The notes below the pieces were generated by a model, which had not been told where the DNA came from, made no database searches, and was given only the letters and a program-made list of their open reading frames with translations. Below are positions 37,342 to 52,200 of a stretch of 64,000 nt of DNA, in pieces. The translations under genes and the position numbers were made by a program. Position 1 is the stretch's first letter; each line of letters starts with the position of its first letter. Source of the DNA: Octopus sinensis (lineage: Eukaryota); contig NC_043008.1 in the NCBI RefSeq assembly GCF_006345805.1, forward strand, positions 19,034,001 to 19,098,000, written 5' to 3'.

Positions 37342-40265
37342 ACACATGATCCAGCATGGCCACAACCTCAAGGCTGAAACATATAAAAGAATAACAGAAT
37401 ATAAATGTGTGCAAAGTACAAGAAATATTAATGCAGTATATGGGGATTGGACAATAAGCGTAAGGCAGTATCAATGGTGGTTCCAGAAATCCCGAGCCAT
37501 AAACTACAGCCTAGAAGACGAGCCTCATCCTGAAAGATCTGTAGAACTCGACAAGGACATCCTGAAAACCCTGGTGGAACAAAATATCATCGTAACTGTT
37601 GAGGAACTAGCAGAGAAGCTTCGATTTGGTCATTCAACCATTCATTGACACCTGTGTGCTATCGGAAAAGTCAGCAAATTGGGTCAATGGGTTCCTCACG
37701 AACTTTCCGAGTCTAATTGCATGCAGAGAGTGAATGTATGCTTTTCTTTGCTGTCATATCTCACCACTACTGCGCTATGTATATCTATATATATAAAACT
37801 GTAGTTGTGTGAGTGTCTGTCCCCTTCGATTTAGATTCCTAACTACTCCCACATTTTGCGGTACAGTTTAACCAATTCGGGTAGCTTATAGTCGTGATTC
37901 ATATCGAGCCCGTCTGAATATTAGCGCGCGTCTACGATGAGTCTACGATTTTAAAAATAATTTAACATCATTTTTTATTCCATTTTAATGCATAATTTTT
38001 CGTGTGTCGATGGCGGCGGAGTTGGCGTTCCACGCTCACACCTGCACCTGTGGGGAAGGGAGTGTAAGGAAATCAACGTCGTAATGCGTTGTCAAGGAGA
38101 CCAGTGTTCTTTTAGAACAACGACTTCATGGCTTGAAGACACCAAAACAGAAATGGCTAAGAAAGCGTCTACACGAGTCTACGATTTAAAAAAAATTTAC
38201 CATCGTTTTTTTTCCATTTTAATGCATTTTTTCGCTATTATATAAGGGAAGTAACTCTCTAAAAATGTCTACGATGAGTCAACGATTTAAAAAAAAAAGT
38301 ACCATCATATTTTTTCCATTTTTAGTGCATTTTTTGCTATTTTTTGGCTATAACTCTCTAAAAATGCTTATATAGTTATTTCCCTTACAAACCCGAGCAA
38401 CGCCGGGCGATACTGCTAGTTTCATTATAAATATTATGAGCGAACAGATGTAAGCTAGCAACATCAATAAACGGACCAAGGAGAGACTTGAAACTTACTA
38501 ACCTCCACACAGACATAAGCATAGCCATAGATAGACACACACAAACACACACACACACACACACGCACGCACTCATACGCGCGCGCATGCATTCAAATAA
38601 ATGAACGGCTAAATTTGTTTAACACACTGGAAGATCAGAGCAACGTTACAAGCAATATTTATAGAGTAGTCTCCCTTAGATGGTTATATTATATTTGCAT
38701 AGTTATGGACCGTAGTTATGAGTTTCGATTTTGACAGAAGACCAGCAATCTTGATGTAGGGGAAGGGGGAAGTCGATTACATCGACCCTAGTGCTTGGCT
38801 GGTACTTATTCTATCGACCCCGAAAGGATAAAAGGCAAAGTCGACACCTCGGTGGAATTTGAACTCAGAACGTAAGCTCGGACGAAATACCGCTAAGCAT
38901 TACGTGCGGCGCGCTAACGATTCTGCCAGCTCGCTGCCTTAAATAATCCTTTCTACCATAGGCACAGGACCTGAAATTTTGAGGGAGGGGACTAGTATAT
39001 TACATTGACCCCAGTACATGACTAGTACTTAATTTATCGACCCCGAAAGGACGAAAGGCAAAGTCGACCTCGGCGGAATTTGAACTCAGAATGTAACGGC
39101 AGACGAAATACCTATTTCTTTACTACCCACAAGGGGCTGAACACAGAAGGGACAAACAAGGACAAGCAAACAGATAAGTCGATTACATCGACCTCGGTGC
39201 ATAACTGGTACTTAATTTATCGACCCTGAAAGGATGAAAGTCAAAGTCGACCTCGGCGAATTTGAACTCAGAACGTAGCGGCAGACAAAATACCTATTTC
39301 TATTTCTTTACTACCCACAAGGGGCTAAACACAGAGAGGACAAACAAGGACAGACAAACGGATTAAGTCGATTATATCGACTACAGTGCGTAACTGGTAC
39401 TTGTTTAATCGACCCTGAAAAGACAAAAGGCAAAGTCGACCTCGGCGGAATTTGAACTCAGAACGTTACGGCAGACGAAATACGACTACGCATTTCGCCC
39501 GGCGTGCTAACGTTTCTGCCAGCTCGCCGCCTTAAACTGAATGAATATTGTATACTAACTTTGTGTTGAAAAGAACTGTAAGTTCTCTTTTCGTCTTTTC
39601 TTGAAACCGCTTCTTTAAAATGGAGATCAGCTCGGTCTTAAAAACAGATTCCAACAAATTTTCATACTGGTTCTGGACAAAAATCACAAACATGTCATCT
39701 TGAAGCGGACTGAAAAAAAAAACAAAATAAAAGTGAGTGTAAATTTAGATGATATAAAAAAAAAAGGTATCCGTTTTTTACAGAATGAAACAAGCCGCTA
39801 GCCCAGTCATAAGCAGCCTGCGGCCCATATAGCTTGGTTTCAAATTTTAGCACAAGGCCAGCAAGTTTAGGATAATGAGTAAGTTGATTACATCAACCCC
39901 ACTTCCTTTGCTCAGTTTGTACTTATTTTATCGACGCGAAATGATGAAAAGCAAAGTCGAATGCGGCGGAATGCAGCCCATATAAATTGCAGTTTGTTTC
40001 CCTTCCACTGTAGACCAATAAATGCATGAGGACACTTCACTTAAAATGGTGATATTCTTAAGAAAGGCATGAACGTCACATAATCTATGATTTTCTTGCT
40101 TTGCATCATAAATACCAGTGGGGTGGGGTAAATGGATAATGTTTAAAGAGATAAACCCTAAGAAGAGGCGATCACTATCTGACAGAGTTAATTAAATTAA
40201 GCATTTAATTACTTGGGAACGTTACCAGAATGGAAAAACTATAACATATTTAATACAGTGGACAT

Positions 40266-40319
<54 letters not shown>

Positions 40320-43300
40320 CTGAAGTTATCTGAGTCTGCGTGGCAGGTTTGGTAGCCTTCAACTAACACTATCTCCTCCGAGACCCTGCGGCGCAAGTTG
40401 AGCAAAATTGAGAGTATGATAGAAGAAGGCTTGCTCTTCCTTCCGTAGAAGAAAAAATTCAAATCAGACCGTGTTAACACCAAAGATTATTTACATCAAA
40501 AAGGTGCTTTTTTCTATGAAAATCCCTATTTTTTACGATTTTTTTTACTGCTGTGTCGTCGTTTTTCAGTGTATTTCAACCAGGAAGATATTCACTTAAA
40601 GAGAATAACAAGCTACATAATGCAGCATTTTTACTTTTCAAAAATTCCAATTCAAAAGAGTCGAAACAAACTCGAGCAGCGCCGGGCTATACTACTAGTA
40701 TCTAATAAATACGAGGAATATATAGGTTAAGTAGGGGATACGTTATTAATCCTTCTTAATGAAGACTAAACTTCGGCGTATTTATATCAGTTGTGGTAAA
40801 ATAAGATTAGATTGATAATTGTAACGAGTTGAAACGTCAAGAGTTATCTCCCCTACTTTCTAAATTTATCAGAAAATATTATTACATTTTTCACTATTTT
40901 TACTTCGTTTTTGTATCTGGTTTGTAAGATTCTGTATATGAATCCGTGCGTTGAAGCAAACTAAGGTATTTTTCCGATGTTGTTGTTGTTGTTATTATTA
41001 CTATTATTATTATTATTCTATGTTTGACTTTTGCTTTATATTTGTACAAGTTGGCTCCAAGTCTCACCCAGAGACCTCAAGAGACAACAGGGTTGGAAGT
41101 TCATGTTGTTGTTATGCCTAGTGTGCCATATATTTGGGGGGTGGGGATGTTGTACTAATGAGTGTCTAAAAAAAACGGTTTTTTTTTTTGGTTTTTTTTT
41201 TTTAAACCGAAAATTATGTTTGTTTTAAACCTTGAGATTACATAGAGAGTATTTTGCGTAGGATATGAGCAGTTCCCATGAGCACTATCTTTTGAACTTC
41301 TGCCATTTTTGGGTTTCCTGGTATCTGAGTTAGGTAGCTATCAGCCCCTTTTGCTATCATTCCCAGGGCACCTATGACAACAGGTATTGTTTTAGTCTTC
41401 AGCTTCCACATTTTGCTGATTTCTATTTCAAGATCTTTATATTTGCTCAGTTTTTGGTAGGTCTTGACAGATACGTTTATATCGATTGGGACAGTCATAT
41501 CAATGAGGAGGCATGTTCTTTGTTTGAAGTTTTTCAATATGATGTCTGGCCTATTTGCATCTATCTTCCTGTCAGTTTGAATGGTGAAGTTCCAGAGGAG
41601 TGAGATGTGGTCATTTTCAAGCACTGGGGGTGGTTTGTGTTCCCACCAGTTTTTTTCATGGGGCAAATCCAGGTTTTTACAGATTACCCAGTGAATATAT
41701 GTGCAGCTCTATCGTGCCTGTTGAGATACTCTGTAGGCGCTAGAAGACTGCACTTGGAGACCACATGGTCAATGGTTTCATTTTGTTTCTTGCATACACG
41801 ACACGTTGGACTGCTTCTGATCTTTAATATGTTGGCCTGGTAGTTTCTTGTTGGTAGGCATTGATCTTGAGCTGCTATGATAAACCCCTCTGTTTCAGAT
41901 TTTAAGCCAGAGGCCATTAGCCATTGATGGGTCAGGGCTTTGTCGATATCTGCATTATTCGCTCTCTTTGGGTATTTGCCATAGAGAGGTTTTTCTTGCC
42001 ATTTATTATTCAGAATATCTAAGGCCGCAGTTTTGGCACGGGTTTTCATGCGCCTAGCTTTTTCTGTGCTTGTTTCTTGTATATCTATCTCTAATTCCGA
42101 AATTGGTTGTATTCGGAATTCACTTAGATATTCCTTTGCCTGTTTTGTGACTGAGTATGATGCTTTCTTGTTTTCATGTTTTGAGACAAGTTTTAGCATC
42201 CAGTCCTCAGAGTTTTTCAGGTAGGTGTCTATGCCAATTGTAGCAATCTTCATTGTTATTGCCAGTTGCAAAAGACCACGGCCTCCCTCTTTTCTTGGCA
42301 GATAGAGTCATTAGGAGAGGGTGGTGCATTCTATGCATTGTCAACAGTTTCCTTATTTTTCTGTCGAGCTGACATATTTCAGTAATTGACCAGTTAACAA
42401 TATTGAAACTGTAAGTCACGACTGGTATAGCTAATGCATTGATTGCTTCGATCCTGTTTCTTGCATTCAGCTCTGTCTTGAGTATTGCTCTCACTCTTCG
42501 ATAGCATTCTCTCCTGATCCTTTCCTTCATCTCTGAATGCCTTATTCCGTTCCCTTCAATTATCCCTAGGTACTTGTAGCTCTCCGCGGTCTAGTTCTTT
42601 TATGACATTCTGTTGTCAAGGTTAACGTTAGATGTTTCTGTCATTTTTCCTTTGATAAAGGTAGCCTTTGCACATTTATCGAGGCCGAATTGCATTCTGA
42701 TGTCGTCACTGAATTGTTTGACTATCGCTAGTAAGCCCTTGAGTTGTTGATCATTTTTTGCAAAAAGCTTTAAATCATCCATGTAAACGAGATGATTTAT
42801 ATTTTTATCAAACATTTTATACCCGTACTGCGCGTCATTGAGCAGCTTTGAGAGAGGTATTAAGGATAAACAAAAGAGGAGTGGTGACAGTGAGTCACCC
42901 TGGAAAATGCCACACGAAATTTTTACATCACCAGCATTTAGGGATTCACTGTCACTGTTCAGAGTTAGTGTGGTTCTCCATGATCTCATACTTACAGTCA
43001 AGAAGTTTCGCAGAGTTGGTGCTATCTTATACATTTCAAGGCATTTCCTAATCCAGCTATGTGTAGGCTATCAAAAGCCTTTTTATAGTCTATCCAGGCT
43101 ATTGATAAGTTTTTGTGTCGTTTGTGACAATCTTCTAAGATCATCTTATTGATGAGTAGTTGGTCTTTACAGCCGTAGGATCCACGTTTACATCCTTTCT
43201 GTTCATTAGGGATTATGCTGCTGTCTGTTAAAAAACTATAGGTATATTCCGTCAGGACAGATGTTAGTGTTTTGTACATAGTTGTTAAGCAGGTTATGGG

Positions 43301-45020
43301 TCTATAGTTTTTTGGTTCATTTGTTTCTTCACTTTTTGGAAGCAGGAATGTTAACCCATTAACTAGCCAAGGAGGCATCCTACTAGGGTGTTGCAAAACA
43401 TCATTGTACAGTTCTGTTAGCAGTTCATGGCTCTCTGGGAAGGCATTCAGCCAGAAGTTAGGAATTTTATCCTTTCCTGGAGACTTCCATTTGCTTGACC
43501 TCCTGAGAGCAGATCTTATATCTTCTACCTTGACACCCTCCCACTTTTGCTCTTCTAAGGGGTCCAGTTCTGTAGATATTCTGTCAATCCAGGGGGCCTT
43601 TTCGTTGTGTGTTTTTTCTTCTGCCCAGATTTTATTCCAAAATCTCTGCACTTCTTCTTTTGATGGTACAGACCCTGCAGTAAACGCTGTTTTTCCTATC
43701 TTCCTGTAAAAATTCTTGGTGTTATTTTTGAACATGTTGTTGTCCTTGAAAAATCTAACACGCTTTTCATACCTCGCTATGCGGGCAGCTTTGGCAGATA
43801 CCTTTGTTTGATGGTTTCTATGGTGGCATCAATATCAAGTATAGTTTTCATATTGTATTTTTTCAGTAATTTTTGGGTTTTTGTAGGTTTGGTAATCTTG
43901 TGAGCCTTAAGGTTTTTCAAATATTCAATGTCAGATCTAAATATTTTAATTTGTTGTTGCTGACGCTCTTGCCAGAAGGCTTTTTGTGGGACTGTTGCCG
44001 TTTTCTAATCTTTACACCACATAGGATCGTTGAGATTTTCGCGGATGCATAGTATAGGTGGTTGAGGTTTGTGATATCAACATCATTAACTGAAATTATA
44101 TCCTTAAGTGCAAGCCGGATTTTACCAATTATTTTCATGTTTTGGTTAGAGTTGCGGATTTTAGGAAGTGTATCACGCTCATCCATGCTGGTTTCTTTAA
44201 TTTTCAGCCATTCAATCATGATTTGGTTTTTTAGCTCAAGTAGTTCTGTTGGGTCAATATTTGTGTGACTTTCTTTATCTATTTGATGCTCATCTGTCTT
44301 AGTGTTTATGATTGGTTCAGGGCGTATTTCACTTTGCCTATCACTTATACTAACTCTTTCAATCCTCTCTTCGTTTTTATCCGCCCTGGGCTGGTCTATA
44401 ATCATTTCCTCTGTATTATCTTCTCTAGCTGCAGCTTCGTTCATTTTATCCGATATTGCTTGTCTAACCTGATCAATCTCTACTTCAGTCAGTAATTTCT
44501 TTTTTATAATGTTTCTTCTAACATTGGCAAGCTTGTTACTGTCTATGTAGGGTCTTACTTCAGGGTGTTTCTGTCTCCAGTTTAAGTATGCTTGTACAGT
44601 GCTAGACTTATCTGTGGGGAAATATATGGCATGGTAGAAGGCCTCAAGAACTTCTTTATTATCTTCCTAGACCATTTTTCCTTCTTTTTCTTTTGATTAT
44701 TTGGTGATGAGCATGGATGGCCATCTGTTGGAATATTCCGGTTGTGGGGTTCGTCCAGCTCCTGTGTGTTGGGAAGATTTGATCCAGTAACTGATTTTTC
44801 AATCAGGATTTGGTTCAATTTTCGGGTACGTGGTCTTTTGTAATCCGCGCAATGACCAATGCGGTTTATTGTTTGATTTGTTGACCTTGAAGCATGACGA
44901 GCATCCATTCTTATATTAGGAGATGGATCTGTCAGTTTAGGGTTCACTACATGTAAGCATTGCTCATAGCGCCGCTTCTTAAGACTAGCAGATCTATATT
45001 CGTCTGTATTTTTTTTGTTG

Positions 45021-45076
<56 letters not shown>

Positions 45077-46181
45077 CATTATTATTATTATTATTCAGGT
45101 CAATAAAATAAGTACCAGTGAAACACGGGGAGGGGGGGTGATGTAATCGACTAAGCTCCTCCTCTAAAATTTCAGACATTGTGCCTTTAGTAGAAAGTAT
45201 CATCATCATCATCAGCATAATCATCATCATCATAATCATCATCATCATAATTATCATCATCGTCATCATCATCATCATCATAATCATCGTCATCATCATC
45301 GCCGTCGTCATCATCGTCATCATCATCATCATCGTCATAATCATCATCATCATCATCATCATCATGTTCATCATCATCAGCATCATCATCATAATCATCA
45401 TCATCATCATCATCATCATCATTGTCATCATCATTATCATCACGGTGTGTAGAGCTGATAGAATCATAAGCACACTAGGCAAAATGCTTAGCAGCATTCT
45501 ATCCGTCTTTATGGCAGCGACGGTAGTGGTGTTAATGTGTGTGTGTGTGTGTGTGTATGCACGCATGTGTGTATGTGTGCACACGTGTGCATGTGTGAGC
45601 ACATATGCATGTGTGTGTGTGCACATGAGTGTATTGTGTGTGTGTATGTGCATGCACGCATGTGTGTGCATGCACGTGTGTGTGTGTGTGTGCACATGAG
45701 TGTGTTGTGTGTGTGTAAGTGCATGCACGCATGTGTGTGCATGCACGTGTGTGTGTGTGTGCAAGCATGCATGCACGCATGTGTGTGTATGTATGTGTTT
45801 GCGCGTATGCTTGTGTGTGCACACGTGTGTGTGTGTGCATGCATGCACGTGCTTTGGTGTATAAATAGTAGAAAGGGGGAAAAAAAACTTGCTCAATACA
45901 AGTATCTGAGTTTATTTCCTCCCGCAAAACAATGGCCGTTTCCATTCTGTTTCACCAAAAACGAATTTTTTTAGAGAAAGAAGATATTTTGTTACCTTAA
46001 CACTATCTTTTGAATATCCTGTAAAGGAATCTTCCTTTTAACTATTTCGATTATAGCCCCTTTATGTGGTCCTTTCTTCACTTTTTCACGCCCAATCAGA
46101 TACAAGTGTCTTCCTGTCAAAATCAGATCTCTTTTCATCGGCTGTAATAGTAAACAAGATTATCTAATTAATCATCACCAC

Positions 46182-46232
<51 letters not shown>

Positions 46233-49200
46233 TATCATCATCATCATCATCATCATCATTATCATCATCATCATTGTGGAATGACCCACTTGGCAAGAAA
46301 GCTCTATGCCCCATAGTGGAGGCCCAGACATAAGGAGTTCAACATGGGATGGATTATAATATACCACATGTTACACCGACAAGAGTAATCATAGTAACAG
46401 CAACAGTAACAACAAGATTTTTAAGTCCATTTTTCCTGTTAAAGGTTTTATCAAAGCCAAAACAAAGTTCTAATAACAATGGTAAATTAAAATGATTAGA
46501 GTCTAGCTCTGGGACTTAGTGTAGGAATAGCACTTACTAGCCTTTTTTCAAGCTGTTCTCAGGAATTGAACTCAACATTACCAGTCAATAAAACACTTGT
46601 TAATTACATAGTGCTCCTGTGGTCTCATATGCCTAATTACATCAGCTGAGCAAGCAAGAATTTAGTGCCTTGACTGTGGGCACAACATAACAGTATCAGT
46701 ATGTGAACAATCAGCATCTATACACTGTGTCAACCTATCCAGTCAGCATTGACACAATATGTCGACATATTCTGTCAGCAACTACACATTGTCAATCTAT
46801 CCAGTTAACATCTACATACTGTGTCAATCCGTCTAGTAAGTATATATTTATTGTGTCAATCTGTCCATACCTTGTGAACAAACAGCATCTATACACTGTG
46901 TCAATCTATCCAGCCAACAGCTTTACATTGTGTCAATCCATCAAGTCAACTTCTACACAATATGTCAAACGATCCAGTCGACATCTACATAATATGTTAA
47001 TCTATCGAGTCGACATCTACACAATATGTCAATCTATCCAGTTGACATATCTAACTCATCATCATCAACATCATCATTTAACATCCGTTTTCCATGTTGG
47101 CATGGGTTTAACAGTTTGACGGTTTGACTGGGGTCCGGCAAGCCAAGAGGCGGCACTAAGTTCCAATCTGAACTAGCAATGTTTCTACAGCTGGATTCCC
47201 TTCCTAATGCCAACCACTGTGAGAGTGTATTGGATGCTTTTTACGTGCCACCAGTACAGGAGCCAGATGGGGCAAGGGGCCTAGCATCAACCACGTTTGG
47301 ATGGTGTTTTTTACGTGCCAGTCAGATGGCACTGACATCAGCCACATTTGGATGGTTTCTTTTTACATGCCACACAATATATTGACTTATCTGGTCAACA
47401 TGTATACATTGTGTCGATGTATCCAGTCAACATCTACACATCATGTCAATCAGTCCAGTCAAGATCTACATGTCATGTCAATCTCTTCAGCCAACATCTG
47501 TATATTATGTCAGTCAATTCTGTCCACAACTACATACTGTATTGACCTATCAAGTATACATTTATACATTGGCTGAAATGTCTTTGATCATAGGTCACCT
47601 GAGTCAGGACTAATCTAGAACTAAATGACAATAACAACAATATAAGAGTGGGTACTGAAAAGCTATCTAATAACATAAGGCCAAGTTCTTCAACACTTTA
47701 CTGCAAAAAATCAGGGAAATCACCTTAATTTAGACAAATATTTCCATGCAATAGAAGTTATTTGTTGCCTTACCTTAAATCTTCGGTCAAATTTAGTCAC
47801 AGTCTCAGCAAATTCTATCCGTTCTTTCTTTTCAACTAAAGCTAGCAGTGCTGGTTTCTGATCCAGCCCAATGTAGTCACCCACAAAGTTACGGTTGAGG
47901 CTGTGGGTTCGACGCTCTTTCTTATTCAAGAATATATCAGAGGCTGTTAGTAATAGCAAGGAAAATAATAATAATAATATTAAAAATAATTATTTCTTAT
48001 TTCTTTACTGCCCACAAGGGGCTGCATACAGAGGGGACAAACAAGAACAGACAAACGGATTAAGCTGATCATATTGATCCCAGTGCATAACTGGTACTTA
48101 TTTAATCGACCCCGAAAGGATGAAAGGCAAAGTTGACGTCGGCAGAATTTGAACTCAGAACGTAGCGGCAGACGAAATACCTATTTCTTTACTACCCACA
48201 AGGGGCTAAACACAGAGGGGACAAACATGGACAGACAAACGGATTAAGTCGATTATATCGACCCCAGTGCGTAACTGGTACTTAATTTATCGACCCCAAA
48301 AGGATGAAAGGCAAAGTCGACCTCAGCAGAAATTGAACTCAGAACATAGCGGCAGACGAAATACCGCAACGCATTTCGCCCGGCGTGCTAACAGTTCTGC
48401 CAGCTCGCTGCCTTTATTAATAATTATTTCTTTTATTGGTCATTAGGGCCTAAGATGTGGAGGACAATATCAAAGGACAAGATACAACACACAAAACAGG
48501 TGGGGTTTACATCGATCAATGCAAGATTGATGTCTTGTAAAAAGCAGCCTTATTGGGCACAGAGCACATCTTAAGGAAAGTGTCATCTGTCTGAGGTCCT
48601 TGTTGTGACTTGACAGATGACTAAAGACTCCGGTGCATTTTTATCTACACTGTGTTATGAGGAAATAATAATAATAATCCTTTCTACTATGAGCACCAAG
48701 ACTGAAATTGTGGTGGGGAGAGGTGAGGGTAAGTCGATTGCATCAACCCCAGTGCATAACTGGTATTTATCTTATCGACCCCGCTGAAAGGATAAAAGGC
48801 AAAGTTAATGATAATAGTAATGGTTTCAAATATTTCTAACCATTTTTAAACATTTGAACCTTTTTTTAAAAAAATTTTTAATCATTTAATTGTTTAACCA
48901 TTTGTAACATGCTTTTTAATCATTTTTGTTAAAGAAGGATGGTTGACACCCATAGCCTTTTATTTTCTTATTTTTAATGGTCCCCAAGTCAGATGACAGC
49001 AAGAGAGAAAGTCATCTGCAAACCACCACCACTACCACCACTACCACTATCACCACCGTCATCATCATCATCATTACACAACACACAGAGCAAACACAAC
49101 CATACCACCACCCACAACTTAAACACACTCCTGTACCACATTGTGTAGAAATTTCACTCCATGACCATACACCACCACCACCAACACAAAGGACAACGAC

Positions 49201-52200
49201 AAATACAACAGCAATAACAACAACAATATGTAGATATACCTTCTAATCTTTGTTTGTAGTATTGGTTTTTAGCATAATATTTACGGAATGCCTTCTGGAT
49301 AACTCGAGCATATTTGTCAAACTTTCTCTCCCGGACTTCTTCCAATAAGAACAACTGAAATAAAGAAAAGACAACACTTCAACACAGGCATTATTCTTTT
49401 ATAATTCTCTAATAATACATTATGTCTTTAATACACTACAAATTAGTTGTCTGGTTTGGTATTATGATAATTTAGAAAATGGCAATTTATTTAATATGGT
49501 AGGCACTAAAAAACGTTCTTTAAACAATTTTCTTTTATTGCTTAAAATAATTATTTTGTATTTATGGAGATGTACTTGCATAGCAAGTGACCTGATCTGA
49601 GATTGTGTGCTAGAACGAAAACAATTGCAGCATGGAAGGTGACAAATTAAATTTAAATGTTGAAGTGAATCTAAGGAATTTTGTGTTTCTTAAATGGCTT
49701 ACAAACACCTTCCACGCTGCAATTGTTTAATTATTTTGTAATTTTTTAAATCATTTTTAAATAATCTTAGACAACAGACGCAGGTATGGCTGTGTGGTAA
49801 GATGTTTGCTTTGCTTCCAAACCATGTGGCCTATAAAATGGTACTTTACATTTCCTAATTGGAGGAGCCAGGTTGTAAGCTGTTTTGCACATTGGTCCCC
49901 ATGTAATAAACCTCGCACATGAGAATTGAAGAAGAATTTCAGTACTTTATTCCATAGGTGTGAAGACTCAATGCATGCTTTTATTTCATCAGATCTTGTT
50001 TGTCTCAGAATGACTGGTAATGTCTGTCTGAAGTCTCCTGATGAAATTAATGTAACTCCTCCCATAGATTTATTGTTGCCTCTTATATCCTGTAAGGTTT
50101 TACCAAGACCTTCCATTGCACCTCTATGTGACATGGTGCATTCCTCCCAAATGATAAGGTGGCATTGGCACAACATTTCTGCTGAACCTGAATCTTTGCT
50201 TATGTTACAAATTGGACGGTCATTTGGGACCATGTTTAGTGTTTTATAACGGTGAATTATCTATTTTATAACAGGCTGAGATTATCTTATTTATATCGTG
50301 ATTATTCTCCCAAGTAGAATTTATAATCCACGTCTGTTGGTCACCAGTTTATAACGTTGTGTTGGATTATCAGGTTTAAAATGTTTTTGACTTAGTGTGG
50401 ATATAATTTATGATGAGTTCTAACTTGGAAAAGATAAGAAATACAGATGTTTATTGAGTAGAAATCTATAATGATAAACCTGTCACTTATAACTTGATTA
50501 TAAGTATTATCGCTATACATAAATCTTAACTCCATGATGAATTTTATACACCAAGACACTGGAACGTATATGTATGTTGAAGATAATTAAGCTCGCTCTT
50601 TTTCACAGCTATAATAACAGTTTCATAGTAACAGAAAAACCCAGTGTCTATTTACTCCCTCCACAACACTAATTTCAAAAAGTCTTCTTGCGAAGCTGGC
50701 AAAAATGTTAGTATGCTGAGCGAAATGCTTAGCAGTATTTCATCTGCTGCTGAGTTCAAATTCTGCTGAAGTCAGCTTAGCTTTTCATCCTTTTGGGGTC
50801 GATTAAGTAAGTACCAGTTACATACTGGGGTCGATGTAATCGACTTAATCCCTTCCCCCAAATTTGAGGCCTTGTGCTTTCAGTACAAAGAATTATACTA
50901 TATATATAATATATGATTGGCTTCCACAAAGATACCTATTTTTTTATTGCCCACAAGGGGCTAAACACAGAGGGGACAAACAAGGACAGACAAATGAATT
51001 AAGTCAATTACATCGACCCCAGTGCAAAACTGGTACTTAATTTATTGACCTCGAAAGGACAAAAGGCAAAGTCAACCTCAGCAGAATTTGAACTCACAAC
51101 GTAATGGCAGACAAAATACCACTAAGCATTTTGCCCAGCATGCTAACATTTCTGCCAGATCACTGCCTTCACACAGTTTGTACCAACCAAATCCACTCAA
51201 AAGGCACTGGGTGACCCAGGGTTACTTACCCAAGGTGCCATGCTGTGGGACTGAACCCAAAACTACATGGTTGCAAAGTGAGCTTCTTAACTACACAGCC
51301 ATACCTGTACCATTTGTGTGTGTGTGTGTGGGGGGGGTATGTGTGTTTGTGTGTGAGCGTGTCTCCTTGTTTTGACTTCACGTTAATGCTGTAAATGATT
51401 TCCACTGTCATACCAGCGGTGTCATTCATTTTTGATATTCCTTAAGAACCTGTCCAGCCATTGGGGAAATATAACCTCACGTGGAAACAAGTAATGTTAG
51501 TATGCTGAGCGAAATGCTTAGCAGTATTTCATCTGCTGCTGAGTTCAAATTCTGCCGAAGTCAGCTTAGCTTTCCATCCTTTTGGGGTCGATTAAGTAAG
51601 TACCAGTTATATACTGGGGTCGATGTAATTGACTTAATCCCTTCCCCCAGATATGAGGCCTTGTGCTTTCAGTACAAAGAATTATACTATTTCTTTATTG
51701 CCCACAAGGGGCTAAATATAGAGGGGACAAACAAGGACAGACAAAGGGATAAACTCGATTACATCGACCCCAATGCATAACTGGTACTTAATTTATCAAC
51801 CCTGAATGACAAAAGGCAAAGTCAACCTCAGCGGAATTTGCACTCACAACGTAATGGCAGACAAAATACCGCTAAGCATCCAGCCATAGAAAAATCTATC
51901 TCCATTTAAACTTCACGCAACAGATGCAAGCATTTTTGAAAGGAAGACATTAAAACAATTACGATGATGTCATGTAACCTCACACAACAACACCACACCC
52001 AAGCAACATCCTACATTCCACAGTACATCCTTACAGGCTACCCCAGATCTGACATGACAATGCATATCTAGACCCAGAAATATCATACTCCACACACACA
52101 TTTCTGCCTCATACTCGCCATTGCCATCGCACACACCCTCTATACCCAAGATAGCTCCACATTCCATCAATACTTCTAGTCCCAGCACCACACACCCCCA

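Noticed and set aside
46700-47560. CRISPR-like array
   Set aside because: Eukaryotic intron; units are contiguous and degenerate with no unique spacers and no cas genes.
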